A stretch of 63,998 nucleotides of DNA, filler included, from Malassezia furfur (GCA_052055015.1; 4 parts of 4 records of this genome joined end to end with filler, not necessarily neighbours in it), one strand, 5' to 3'. Shown: positions 1 to 10,394, counted from the whole stretch's first letter. Made by a program: numbers and translations. Notes: generated by a model not told the origin, from the letters alone.

Positions 1-712
1 GACGAACCGTGACAAGCCGACGGGCCTGAGCGCCGCCGCGGCCGCCGCGCAGCTCAAGCACCGCCGCAGCCTGCTGGGCGCCTTCCGCAAGGACGACGCC
101 AAGCCGGACGCGGCGCGCGCGCGCGTGCCGAGCGGCAGCAGCGAGAAGGAGAACGCGGCGGCGCGCCCCATGTCGCCCGCGGGCGATGCGGTGGGCGCAC
201 GGCATTCGTGGTTCAACGGCCTGCTCCACCGCCGGCAGACGCAGATGCTCATGTCGGTGCAGAACCTCACGACCACCGTCGAGGGGTGCCAGACGCTGCT
301 GCGGCAGCTCGGCGCGACGCTGACGCCGCTGTCGCGCGCGCAGTCCACGCTGCCGACCACGCAGCAGGGCCCGCTGCAGTACGCCGTGGACCAGATCTAC
401 GACCACACCGAGGGCGCCGTCACGGCGTGCCGCCCGATGCGCTTCCGCGTGGAATACACCATCCTCCCCGTCAGCTCGCAGACGCGGCGCGTGAGCGGAC
501 CGGTGCCGCCGTCCCACGCACCGGGCATGCCGGGCTTTGACCCGCGCGCCGCGTCGCGGCCCATGTCGCCCGCGTTCCGCACGCCGAGCACGGAGACGAC
601 GTATGCCACGAGCGTCACCTTTTCCCACGAGAAGGGCTCCTCGACCACCTTCCGTACGTTTATGGCCAAGTTGCGGCGCGACTGGCACCTCGATGCACGC
701 GACCCCATGTAA
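1..712 (+). CDS. 5'-truncated protein; C-terminus resembles the KA1-like tail of Gin4/Hsl1/Kcc4-type Ser/Thr kinases
   Basis: Frame open from the window start to TAA at 710-712; ends in MRFRVEYTILP...YATSVTFSHEKGSSTTFRTFMAKLRRDW, typical of fungal Nim1-family C-terminal domains. No kinase domain visible in the window. Confidence 0.55.
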   Translation, partial: TNRDKPTGLSAAAAAAQLKHRRSLLGAFRKDDAKPDAARARVPSGSSEKENAAARPMSPAGDAVGARHSWFNGLLHRRQTQMLMSVQNLTTTVEGCQTLLRQLGATLTPLSRAQSTLPTTQQGPLQYAVDQIYDHTEGAVTACRPMRFRVEYTILPVSSQTRRVSGPVPPSHAPGMPGFDPRAASRPMSPAFRTPSTETTYATSVTFSHEKGSSTTFRTFMAKLRRDWHLDARDPM

Positions 713-786
713 GCGAGTAGCGTTCCTTTCGTTTTTTCCCCGTGATGTGGCAATGTACTACGTTCCTTGCATGCAGTCTATGCGCA

Positions 787-1228
787 TTACTCGTCCTCGC
801 CCGCGCCCGCGCCTTCGGCACCGGCGCGGATGATCCAGTCCTTTTGCTGCTCGTCCTCAACGACCAGGCGGTCGCTCGAGTACATCATGTTCACGATCGC
901 CGCACGCTGCAGCACCTTGAGCTCCTCGCGCGCCGTCCGATAGAACTCGGCGAGGCGCTCGCCAGACAGCGGCTCCATCGGACGCACACCGCCACTGTTC
1001 GACGTCGCCACGTTGGCGAGCGCCGAGGCGCTCGCGTGCACGCTCTTCGCCTGGTCCGACGACTCCGGGAACAGGTGCGCACGGAACCGGTCGCGCGTGC
1101 GCCGCACAAAGTATTCACGGAAGTTGTATGCGGTCTGGGTTAGCGCAGGCACGTACAAAGGAGCGCGCAGCACTCAGGTGCTGGCGATACAGCGCCAACA
1201 GCTGCTGGCGGGTCGGCGCAGCCGTCAT
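787..1228 (-). CDS. ISD11: LYR-motif Fe-S cluster assembly factor Isd11/LYRM4
   Basis: MTAAPTRQQLLALYRQHLSAARSF|TAYNFREYFVRRTRDRFR...ELKVLQRAAIVNMMYSSDRLVVE; the exons join in frame after removing a 22-nt intron at 1135-1156 (GTACGT...CTAAC.CCAG). Confidence 0.9.
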
Positions 1229-1287
1229 GGTCAGAGTGGCAACCGTTGCGCAAATCCGGCACGTGGAGGCCACGCGCGCACGCGACC

Positions 1288-2134
1288 ATGCCCACCGAGG
1301 ACGCACCGCGCCTGCCGCCCAATGCGGCGCGCCTGCCGATGACCCCGCAGCTGCGTACGTCGCACACCTCACCCAGACGCGCTGCTCACCATCATCCGCA
1401 ACAAGGACACGCCGCGCTCCGACTTCATCTTCTACTCGGACCGCATTATCCGCCTCCTTGTCGAAGAGGGTACGTGCGCCGACCCCGCAGCCCGGCTTAC
1501 GCAGGCCTCAACCACCTCCCCGTGCTCGAGCAGTCGGTCACCACCCCGACAGGACACACATACACGGGCGTCGCCTTCCAGGGACGGATCTGCGGCGTGT
1601 CGATCCTGCGCGCCGGCGAGGCGATGGAGAGCGGTTTGCGCGAGTGCTGCCGCAGCGTGCGCATCGGCAAGATTCTGTACGTGTGCACGCGTAGACTGAC
1701 CCCACAGCATCCAGCGCGTACGTCACTCACCCGCTCACACAGGACGAGGAGACGGCCAAGCCGAAGTTGTGTACGTGGGGCGCGCACTGACGCAGTTTAC
1801 GCCAAGCTCCCCGAAGATATCGCGGACCGCTGGGTGCTGCTGCTCGACCCGATGCTCGGTACGCCATCCTACTCACACAGCGACGGGCGGCTCTGCCATC
1901 CAGGCGATCAAGGTGCTCGTCGATCACGGCGTGCGCCTCGACCGCATCCTCTTCCTCAACATGATTGCGAGCCCCGAGGGCCTCGAGTCGGTGTGGAAGG
2001 CGTACCCCGACGTGCGCGTCATCTCCGCCTGGGTGGACGCCAAGCTCTCCGATCAGAACTACAGTAGGTGCTGGCCACTGACCCCAGTCCTCCCCGGCCT
2101 CGGCGACTACGGCGACCGCTACTACAGTGGGTAG
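1288..2134 (+). CDS. FUR1: Uracil phosphoribosyltransferase
   Basis: Spliced protein has DFIFYSDRIIRLLVEEGLNHLP, CGVSILRAGEAME, IGKILIQRDEET, VLLLDPMLATGGSA and ILPGLGDYGDRY. Introns 1355-1376, 1470-1504, 1677-1707, 1718-1742, 1771-1795, 1859-1880, 2064-2087. Confidence 0.95.
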
Positions 2135-2431
2135 TGCATATATCCTCGAAACGTTGGTAGCGCGTGCTTTCTTCCGACGCCCATGCGCGCGCATCGCGCA
2201 GGGGCCACGACGCTGCGGTCCAAGGTGCCCCTCGACGCAGGCCCGTGTTCACGGGGCGTATTGCGCAGCATACAGCAACACCCACTACCCGATCTACGAG
2301 CGCCGTCGTGCGTGCTCCACCGCACCGCGGCAAGACACCCGTGGGGACACACACACACACCCATAGACGACCCTGTAACGCCATAGTCGGCACACGCTCC
2401 GGCGGTGCCCCCTCTCGCAGCCCTACATTGC

Positions 2432-4804
2432 CTATCTCTGCGGCGCCTTGACCTGCCAAAACGTCCGCGTGTGCGCGTGCTCCTGCTTGGCGACCGCGGA
2501 CAGCGCCAACTTGGGCTCGTCGTCGGCCGCGCGCAGACCGGCGAGCGACGCAGGCACCGGTGCCTGCCGTGCCTCGTTGCGCAGCGCCGCCATGTGCGCC
2601 ATCCGCGCCTTGGCCGACTTGCGGCTTGGGCCGGCGGCATAGCCAGACTGCAGGGTTAGCTTCGTGCGCCCACAACGTACCGGACGCAGCTCCACACTCT
2701 CCACCACGAGGCTGACGCCGTCGTGCGTATTTCCCCAGCTGCGGCTCTTGATGCCGCCGCGGTGGCACCCCTTGTACAGGATGAGTTTCGGCGCGATGCG
2801 CAGCGTCACAGACAAGTCGCACGTGAGCGGCGTGCCGTGCGGCGACGTGCTCGGCGACGCGGCGCGCGGCGCATGGCCCATCGCACGTTCCTGGCGGTCC
2901 GTGAGCTGCGCCCACGCCTTGGACACGGCGCTGGTGCCGCCGCCGCCGAGCCACTCGGGCACGTGCGGGATATGCGGCGCCTCGATCCAGCCGGCGTGCA
3001 CACACATCGCCAGCACGTCCGAGTCGTCCGTGTACACGTCCGTACCCCATAGCTTGCGCCGCGCGAGACTCGACTGCGACCAGAAGTTCCACGCATTCTG
3101 CTCCGCATCGACGCTCGGCGCCGTGGCGCCCGGCGTGCCGCGCGGCGGCGCGACGGCCGCCGCGGGCGAGTCGTCCGTGTGCGTGCGCTTTAGCCGCTTG
3201 TTCGTCTCCTGCCGCAGGCGGTGCTCGTTCCAGATGTTGGCGATGCGGATCTCGCGGTTCATGCGCGCATGCTCCAACCCCCGCCAGCCGAGCCGCCAGC
3301 GCCCCGGCGTGCTCGACAGCGTCTCGGGCCGGCGCTCGTTGGAGTCGAGCGCGAGCGACGCAAGCGTCGGCGGCACACCGTCGTTCGCCCGCGACTGGAT
3401 CCGCTTGAGCACCGCGGGGGGGGGCCGCGCCTCCTCGGCGCGCCACTCGTCCTCGGTGATGCCCGCACCGATCGTGCGCCCACAGATGCGCACCTCGACC
3501 GTCGCGCCGACGTTGCCGACCAACAGCTCGGCGGGGAGGCACGACTTGCCGCTCGCATCGTACACAAACGAGCCCAGGTGCCGCACGGAGCGCCCGCGGT
3601 CCAGACCGAGCCCAAAGCCCAGCAGCATGCGCGTGTCGGACGCGGACGTCGGCTCGTCCTTGCCCGACTTGGCGGGTGCCGGCGCAGGCGGCGCCGATGC
3701 CGCGCCGCGCTCGCGCTCGCGCTCCTCCTCAGCGTGCTGCTCCTTTTGCCGCTTGCGCTCCAGCTCCTCCATCTGCTCGCAGCGGTCCAAATACTCCCAC
3801 ACCGGCTCGCTATCCACGCGCGGCCCCGAGGCGAGCTCGCGCTGCTTCGCCTCGAGCGCGTCGAGCGTTGGCTCCGCCTCAGGGCTGCGCGGCGGCACGC
3901 CCGGCGACGTGGCACGCAGGTGCGACGTCGGTGCCGGCATCTGCTCCTGCCACGGCACGTTCTTGGGCGGCGACGGCACGTCCTGCGCGGCGGCGGCCGT
4001 GTGGTGGTGGTGATGGTGGTGGTGGTGGTGGTGCGGCACGACGTGGTGGTGGTGCGGCACAACATGGTGGTGGTGCGGCACCTGCGCACGCTGCGCCTCG
4101 CCCTCATCGCGCAGCTTGGGCAGCGGATAGCCGTGCGTGGGCTGCATCGCACGCATCCCCTCCTCGTCCGGCGACGCGCGCCCGGGAGGGTACGCGGCAT
4201 GCATCGAGTTGTACATTGCGCCATGGCCCACATGCTCTGCGGGCCGCGCGTGCACCGCATATTCGTACTCGCCCTCGGGGTGCGGCAGCACGCGGCGGTT
4301 TTCGTCGTACGCACGGTGCGGCAACGGCTCGGGCGACGCACGGGGGTGCGTGCGGTACTGCGGTGGGGAGTACGCGCGGCGCTCCGTGTCGTAGGCGGCC
4401 ATGTGCGGCGGCGTGCGCGTCTCGTGCGTCCGAGGGCGGACGCTCGGCTCGCGCGCAGGGTACGTCGGCCGCCAGTCGTGGGGTTCGGCGGGGGCGCCGC
4501 CGTACTCCCACTGCGCGGGCGGGCGGGCCGGCGGTAGCGGAGCCGCAGGTATCGGGGCGTGCTCCATCTCGGACGGGTGGTGCGCGGGCACGTCGCGGCG
4601 GCCGTACATCTCCCGGGGAAGATCGTGGGCGTCGTGCGAGAGCACCATGGAGCTCACGCGCATCGGATCGCCGTGCATGCCGTGGGCGCGGTCTGCAACC
4701 GGCTTCCTTCCATCCTCAACATATGGGTTCATGGGCGCGTGCAGGTACGCGCGTCCAGGCTCGTCGCGGGCGTCGCGGTCCGCCCCGTGCGCGAAGGACG
4801 CCAT
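2432..4804 (-). CDS. RXT3: Rxt3-domain protein (Rpd3L histone deacetylase complex subunit)
   Basis: LWGTDVYTDDSDVLAMCVHAGW and RSWGNTHDGVS motifs; long low-complexity N-terminus with a His tract; probable in-frame 33-nt intron at 2648-2680. Confidence 0.8.
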   Translation of the reverse strand: MASFAHGADRDARDEPGRAYLHAPMNPYVEDGRKPVADRAHGMHGDPMRVSSMVLSHDAHDLPREMYGRRDVPAHHPSEMEHAPIPAAPLPPARPPAQWEYGGAPAEPHDWRPTYPAREPSVRPRTHETRTPPHMAAYDTERRAYSPPQYRTHPRASPEPLPHRAYDENRRVLPHPEGEYEYAVHARPAEHVGHGAMYNSMHAAYPPGRASPDEEGMRAMQPTHGYPLPKLRDEGEAQRAQVPHHHHVVPHHHHVVPHHHHHHHHHHHTAAAAQDVPSPPKNVPWQEQMPAPTSHLRATSPGVPPRSPEAEPTLDALEAKQRELASGPRVDSEPVWEYLDRCEQMEELERKRQKEQHAEEERERERGAASAPPAPAPAKSGKDEPTSASDTRMLLGFGLGLDRGRSVRHLGSFVYDASGKSCLPAELLVGNVGATVEVRICGRTIGAGITEDEWRAEEARPPPAVLKRIQSRANDGVPPTLASLALDSNERRPETLSSTPGRWRLGWRGLEHARMNREIRIANIWNEHRLRQETNKRLKRTHTDDSPAAAVAPPRGTPGATAPSVDAEQNAWNFWSQSSLARRKLWGTDVYTDDSDVLAMCVHAGWIEAPHIPHVPEWLGGGGTSAVSKAWAQLTDRQERAMGHAPRAASPSTSPHGTPLTCDLSVTLRIAPKLILYKGCHRGGIKSRSWGNTHDGVSLVVESVELRPVRCGRTKLTLQSGYAAGPSRKSAKARMAHMAALRNEARQAPVPASLAGLRAADDEPKLALSAVAKQEHAHTRTFWQVKAPQR

Positions 4805-4870
4805 GATCGCGCCTTACAAACCGCGGACCGGTGGCTGAGTCAGCAGGACGCGTGTGGAGCACGAACCACC

Positions 4871-5612
4871 ATGGCGGAGGGGGACGGCGGGCGGTTTGCG
4901 TTCCCCGCAGAGCATCAGTTTCCGCCGTTCTACACCCTGCAGCCCAATGTCCAGACGGCGAGCGTGCAGATAGACATGTGGGCACAGCTCGTGCTCGCGT
5001 ATTGCGCACACGAGTCCCGCTTCTGGCTCGATGCAGCGGGCGCATGGGAACGCACCAGCCCCTTGTTCTGCAACCGCGATCTGGACCGCGCGCTGTGGCC
5101 GGCCATGATCCGCATCGTGCTTGCGCACCTCGTCAAACAAAAACACGCAATATACCACCCGCCGCTACCGCGTGGCATCCGCCCGCCGGAGCTCGACACG
5201 ATCGTGCCAAGCCGCAGCACACAGGCCCTGAGCGTCAGCACGGCGTCGCGGCCCGCGCTGTCGTCGCCCGAGGAGGCGGCATGCAATGTGGTGCTCGTAC
5301 TATGGCGCTCGCCCGAGGCATGGGGCGACGCACTCTACCAATGGGTACGTCGGCGCACCGCTCACACAGATCTGCGACACGGGACAAAACAAGAGCATCC
5401 TGACGCTACACGAGCTCGCCCAGGGCGACTTTGTTGCGCGGCATCATCTGCCGCTCGTGCTTCTCCGCATGGCCCTCCAGACGCAGGTGCGCAAGGAGCG
5501 CGCGCAGGTCTTCTCAGTCACGGCCGATCGGTGGGGATCGCTCTTGAACCAAGACCTGCTGGCACAGGCGACGGACGAGTCCATGGCGCAGTTGGGCGTC
5601 AAGTTTGTATAG
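4871..5612 (+). CDS. VPS25: ESCRT-II subunit Vps25
   Basis: FAFPAEHQFPPFYTLQPN start, LWRSPEAWGDALYQW|ICDTGQNKSILTLHEL, ends GVKFV; 25-nt intron at 5345-5369. Confidence 0.9.
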
Positions 5613-5674
5613 ATGGGTATGAATCGCTCTTGTACGTAGTGTGCGAGAGTATGCACAATGCCAGGAATCTGGTC

Positions 5675-7543
5675 TTACGCTTCTTCTTCTTCTTCTTCCT
5701 CTTCCTCCTCTTCTTCCTCCTCACCGTCGTCGTCGTCGTCGGCCCCCTCCTCATCTTCCTCGTCCTCGTCGTCGTCCTCATCCTCATCGTCCTCGTCGTT
5801 GTCCTCCTCCTCCTCGTCCCCCTCCTCCAGAATAATACCGCCGTCCTCGTCAAACTTGACACCGGCCTCGCGCGCCATACGCACTTCTTCCTCCAAGCGC
5901 GCCAGCTCTTCGTCGCTGTTCTCGTCACCCTCGTCCGAGGCCTCGTCATCGTCAAAGTCGGACGCAATCTCCTCGTCTTCCGGCGCATCGTCCACTTCGT
6001 CCTCGACGTCGCCCGCACCAGAATCAGGGTTGAAGCCGACCGTGCTCAGGCACGTCAGGCGCGAGTGTTTGGTATCGTACTCGGCAATCGCCTCCAAGTC
6101 AAGCGACTCGTCATGCGACGTGACGGGGGTCAGGTTGAACACGCGGATCAGGCCATCGGAGCTGATCGTCGTCGCGAGCAAAAACACCGTGTCGTCCTCA
6201 GCAGCAACGTGCACGATGCCCACGCTGCGCACGCGGTTTTGGTGGCCGACCAAGCGCCCAAGCACCTTGGGCGTGCCCACAGCGGTCTCGTCGTCGTCGT
6301 CGCTCGGCGGCTGCATATCGTCCACATCGTAGACGTGCACCATACCTTCCTCGCCCGCAACGCACAGCAGTTCGTGCTCTTCGCCGCCGTGCATCTTCGT
6401 GCGAGTGAACGCCAGGTCGTGCAGCCGCTTGGGCTGCTCAATCTCGCCCAGCTTGGTCATGTCCGTGGCGAAAATCATCACCTGGCGTCCGGCCATCACC
6501 GCAAAGCGCTTCCCCAGCGTGTCCCACAGAATGCGCTCGGCTGCGACGCCAATCTTCACCGAGGACGCACCGACGCCCCGCATCAGGTCCCACATGCGGA
6601 TCATACGGTCCGCACCGACCGACAGCGCAACACGCCCACTCGGGTGCGCGCTGGCCGAGTTGATGCGGCCCGTGTGGCCACGCAGCGTGCGCAGCAGCGA
6701 CCAATCGCGCACGCGGTACAGATTGAGCACGCCGTCTTCGCTCGCAGAGAGCATAAACGTGCGCGAGGGGAAGGACAGCGCGGTAATGGTGCCCTCGTGG
6801 CCGATCAGCGCACCCACCTCCTTGCGGCGACGCATGTCCCACACCTTGATGGTTTCGTCCGTACCGCCGGTGCAGAGCCACTTGGCGTTGTCGCCGGCAC
6901 AGGCCACGGCACGGATCGAGGAAACGTGCGCGGGGAACACAAACTGCGGCTCAATCACGCAGCTGTACTCGCCCTCCTCGTTGATGCGCATAAACGCGGC
7001 CAAGCCATACAGGAAGCGCTCGTACGAGCCGGCGACAATGCGCATGCCGTGCATTAGCTTGTTCGAGACCTGGTCGGTAACCTTGTTCTTGGGGCGCGGC
7101 GCCGTCACTGGCTTGGCCTTGGTCTTGTGTGCAGCCTTGGCGGTCTCAGCAGGCACAGGTGCGGCCGGCGCCGCCGCCGAACGAGGCGTCTTGGGCGCGC
7201 CCTTTTGCGTAGCAGCGGTTTTGCCCGTCGACGCAGCGGACTTGGGCACCGCCGTTTCGGGCGCTGGCTTTTTGCCGACCGCAGGTTTCTTGCCCTGTGT
7301 CGGCTTCTTTGCGAGCTTGTCGCCCTTGAACGGCTTCGACCGGATCGGCTTCTTGGGCTCGCTCTTTTCGGCCTCGGCCTTGCTGACCTTCTTCGCGGAG
7401 GCTGCATCCTGCCGCTGCCGCTTCGGGCCCGGCATACCTTTGCTCGGCTTCACTTCATCGTCGCGCGTACGCTTATTCGCCTTACGAAAGGCGACACCGG
7501 TGGCCTTTGCGTCGGCACGTTTGCTGGGCGCCTGTCGTGCCAT
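5675..7543 (-). CDS. MAK11: WD40 60S ribosome biogenesis factor Mak11/PAK1IP1
   Basis: RIVAGSYERFLYG, FVFPAHVSSIRAVA, TGGTDETIKVWDMRRRKEVGALIGHEG WD repeats; Lys-rich N-terminus and Asp/Glu-rich tail. Confidence 0.9.
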   Translation of the reverse strand: MARQAPSKRADAKATGVAFRKANKRTRDDEVKPSKGMPGPKRQRQDAASAKKVSKAEAEKSEPKKPIRSKPFKGDKLAKKPTQGKKPAVGKKPAPETAVPKSAASTGKTAATQKGAPKTPRSAAAPAAPVPAETAKAAHKTKAKPVTAPRPKNKVTDQVSNKLMHGMRIVAGSYERFLYGLAAFMRINEEGEYSCVIEPQFVFPAHVSSIRAVACAGDNAKWLCTGGTDETIKVWDMRRRKEVGALIGHEGTITALSFPSRTFMLSASEDGVLNLYRVRDWSLLRTLRGHTGRINSASAHPSGRVALSVGADRMIRMWDLMRGVGASSVKIGVAAERILWDTLGKRFAVMAGRQVMIFATDMTKLGEIEQPKRLHDLAFTRTKMHGGEEHELLCVAGEEGMVHVYDVDDMQPPSDDDDETAVGTPKVLGRLVGHQNRVRSVGIVHVAAEDDTVFLLATTISSDGLIRVFNLTPVTSHDESLDLEAIAEYDTKHSRLTCLSTVGFNPDSGAGDVEDEVDDAPEDEEIASDFDDDEASDEGDENSDEELARLEEEVRMAREAGVKFDEDGGIILEEGDEEEEDNDEDDEDEDDDEDEEDEEGADDDDDGEEEEEEEEEEEEEEA

Positions 7544-7726
7544 TTTTTTTGGATGGAGGTGTCCTGGGTCACGTGTAGTCTTCGCACCGGAGCAACGCGG
7601 GGTAATGCTCACGAGCGGCGCCGCCATCGTGCAAAAAGTCATATCAACGAGTTCGTCACATATAATACAAGAGCTATCGACATAGTTGTGATGGCAGCGA
7701 GTAGGAGTGGTAGGGGCTTGATCTGT

Positions 7727-8215
7727 TTAGATCGGACCAAGCTGCGCAGCATCCTTCACAAATTGGATTTGATCCACCACGCACGAGAATCCTCGTCGCG
7801 CATTCCGCTCGGTCAGGCAGGCAGGTTGTGTGCTAATGGGGTTCCCGTGGATACTCTCGGCATGCAGTGGATCGGTGCATCGCGCATAGAAGAGACCAAG
7901 AGACAGCGACAGCGCAACGAACGCCGTCGCCGTCGCCGACGCCGTAGCTCGCCGGGTTTGGCGGGTCCAAGCATCTTCGTGTCCGGCATAGTTGCGCCAC
8001 ATCGCAGGAGAGGCATTGTGCGTTTCAGGCAAAATCGATTGAATCGAGGGCGTCACCGAGATGGTGGACGTCTGCTCCGGTGTCCGCAGCTCCGAGATCG
8101 GCATGGGCCGCGTCGGGAGGGGAACTCGCCGAGGCACAGGCGCCGGGCTGGCGCGGGCAAATGCGTATTTGGGAACGGTTTCGGTGAAGGTGTGAACGGA
8201 TCGTCGTCCCAGCAT
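7727..8215 (-). CDS. Hypothetical protein with a basic N-terminus and one hydrophobic segment (possibly mitochondrial membrane)
   Basis: 162-aa ATG ORF filling the gap between MAK11 and SmE, preceded by a pyrimidine-rich leader; ATAFVALSLSLGLFYA is a TM-like stretch; no recognisable family. Confidence 0.4.
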   Translation of the reverse strand: MLGRRSVHTFTETVPKYAFARASPAPVPRRVPLPTRPMPISELRTPEQTSTISVTPSIQSILPETHNASPAMWRNYAGHEDAWTRQTRRATASATATAFVALSLSLGLFYARCTDPLHAESIHGNPISTQPACLTERNARRGFSCVVDQIQFVKDAAQLGPI

Positions 8216-8466
8216 GTTTGCAATAAGCAGGAGGGAAGAAGGGAAGAAGGTAGTTAACCCCGCGTTGAGTCAAAGGAGATTTAATATGTACTCGTGCGCA
8301 GCGATGACTCGGTTCCAGACCCTGCCCCGCCGGCCGGCATCCGGTTAGAATGCGGGGTAGGGCCGAATCGCCGAATCGATGCCCTGCTCTCGGCCGATCG
8401 ATAGATAGGCAACTTGGTATAACTCGCGTCGTCGAAAGGCTATGACTAAACGTGTCGATCGCTATG

Positions 8467-8880
8467 CTACATGGCTGGCTGGATCAACGTCTGTATTAGT
8501 ACGCAGTTGCATCATGTATACGCACAATGTTGTCTCCTTTGAGTAAGAGGCGGCCTGTTTCAATAGAGGCAGACAAGGTAGATACGGATCCAAGCGCCCC
8601 TCGTGTTAGCATCGGTCCTTTGACACCAGCGTATCCCACGTACCGAGTTCCCTGCGCTCCTTACCGGGGGTGTTCCGCACCTCCTCGGCCTCAGCCAGTG
8701 TGACATTCATAAACTCGTCAAAGCCCTGAGGTAAGCAGCAGCGCAACGCACAATAATTTTGCCCTCGAGACGGAACTCGGTGTTGTCGTAGAGCCACAGC
8801 GAGACGCGCGTCTGCTGCTGCAGGTGCCGGAAAATGACATTGATGGGCTGCACCATCACTCGCTGTTGACGCCCAGACAT
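8467..8880 (-). CDS. SME1: Small nuclear ribonucleoprotein Sm E
   Basis: MSGRQQRVMVQPINVIFRHLQQQTRVSLWLYDNTEFRLEGKII|GFDEFMNVTL...ELG|RLLLKGDNI|TLIQPAM; introns 8726-8751, 8555-8643, 8491-8525. Confidence 0.93.
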
Positions 8881-8972
8881 GATGGTAGAAATGCGCGCGG
8901 ATCACAACCACTCAAGGCAATGCGTCGTCGTCGCCGGGGTGTGCGTCGCGCGAGAAGGTAATCACGTGATGA

Positions 8973-10278
8973 CTACCAGCGCCGCTTCTCGGGGGGCTCC
9001 TCGTGGGTATGCACGCCCAGGCCAGCTACGGAGCGGTCCCCCTCCTTCTGGGGCGACGTAGGGTATCGCGGCTGTTGTGGCACGTCTTGCGTCTCGCGCG
9101 CTTTGGGTGTGCGCCGCGTGGGGGACAGATCGCGAATAGGCCGAGGAGGAGCGCGCGGCGTCCGTAGTAGGTCCGCAGGGAGATCGGTGCTGCGCGTGCG
9201 CAAGTGGCGCCGCTCGTCGGTGCTGCGTGTGCGAAGGTGCCTCCGCCCCTCTTTGCTCCCGTCCTGCGCAAACGGGTTCACTTCGGCGTCCAGCTTGCCG
9301 AAAGGGGCACGGGCGGCCTGGGTATGTTTCGAGGGCGACCCGTGCGAGAGGACACGGACGTGCCCGCGCGGCGTCGCCATGGGCGTGTAGTAAGGCGTTT
9401 GCGTGGGGAGGGGCCGAGTGCGTGTTGCCGGCGTGGTTGGCGGCTCAAAGACGGACGCGGGCTGCTCCTTGTCCGAGGAGCGCTGCCCGCCGACCTGCTC
9501 TTCAAAGACGTGGGCCTGGAGGTAGAACAGGAGGAACTCGAAGCACTTGGTACCGGTCACGTCCATATCTGTCTGCGTGCGCCGGTGTGCATTCATGACG
9601 CGGCGGATCAGGGAGAGCCCCTTGGCCTGCTCAAAGACGTTGCGTGTCTCGGTGGAGGCGTCCACCAGTGTGCACATCAGTGTGTCGAGCGCATGGGAGG
9701 CAAGTAGGCGCAGCGGGGAATGTTCGTCGCCGCGGTGGCTGTATGGCGCGTCGATGATCGTCAGCAGGAGGTCGAACGCGCTGCGCGTCGAGCATAGTTG
9801 CTTGCTTGGGTGATGCGTAAGGCTCATGCCCTGTAGCTGTGATAAAGCACAGCCCATCTCGGATGCAAGCGTGCGCAGCTCGCGCTCGTCCATCGCTGCT
9901 GCCTCGCTGGTCTGGTCTTGGCTGCGTTCCGGCCTGTGCAGCAGCATAAGGTGCAGGCGGCTCACGTGGGCCAGGATTTGTTCCGCGACTGGCGTGAGCG
10001 GACCACGTACTGTACAGGCGTGCGTCTTGCACTTGGATGGACCAGTCCAGGCACCGGTCGAGCTCAGTGATGTATGTGTTTCGACGCATGCCGCTCTCGC
10101 GCGCACTGCGCTGGAGCTCCGGCAGGGTGGTGAGCACGCGTTTCGCGAGGAAGTGCTCGAGCTGCACCAGGGCGTACATCCGCTCGTCCGGCGTCGACGA
10201 CGGCGAGGAGATCTGTGTGAGGCCAGCACGTACGAGGTTGAGGAGCGTCATCAGCGACTCCGATTCGTGGAGCGCCAT
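8973..10278 (-). CDS. Septation-initiation-network Cdc14 family protein (S. pombe cdc14-like, not the phosphatase)
   Basis: LSQLQGMSLTHHPSKQL, LDTLMCTLVD, NVFEQAKGL and KCFEFLLFYL match the pattern of the fungal CDC14 (SIN) domain; introns 10213-10233 and 9989-10010. Confidence 0.7.
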
Positions 10279-10394
10279 GTCCAGCGTGTTGGGCGCACCG
10301 CGCGGGCGCGGCGTGCGCATCGGAGCCCCGGCCCGCATGGTGCCCGTGTGGAGGCGTGTAGTGGAGGAATTGCGCCAATTTTTCCTATGCGAGT

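Noticed and set aside
2135..2431. Possible small gene and (CA)n run between FUR1 and RXT3
   Set aside because: No convincing ORF or motif; short microsatellite in convergent 3' regions.
5676..5830. (TCN)n-type trinucleotide repeat tract
   Set aside because: Encodes the acidic tail of Mak11; similar to the Mak21 tail at about 46200-46500 and ordinary for nucleolar proteins.
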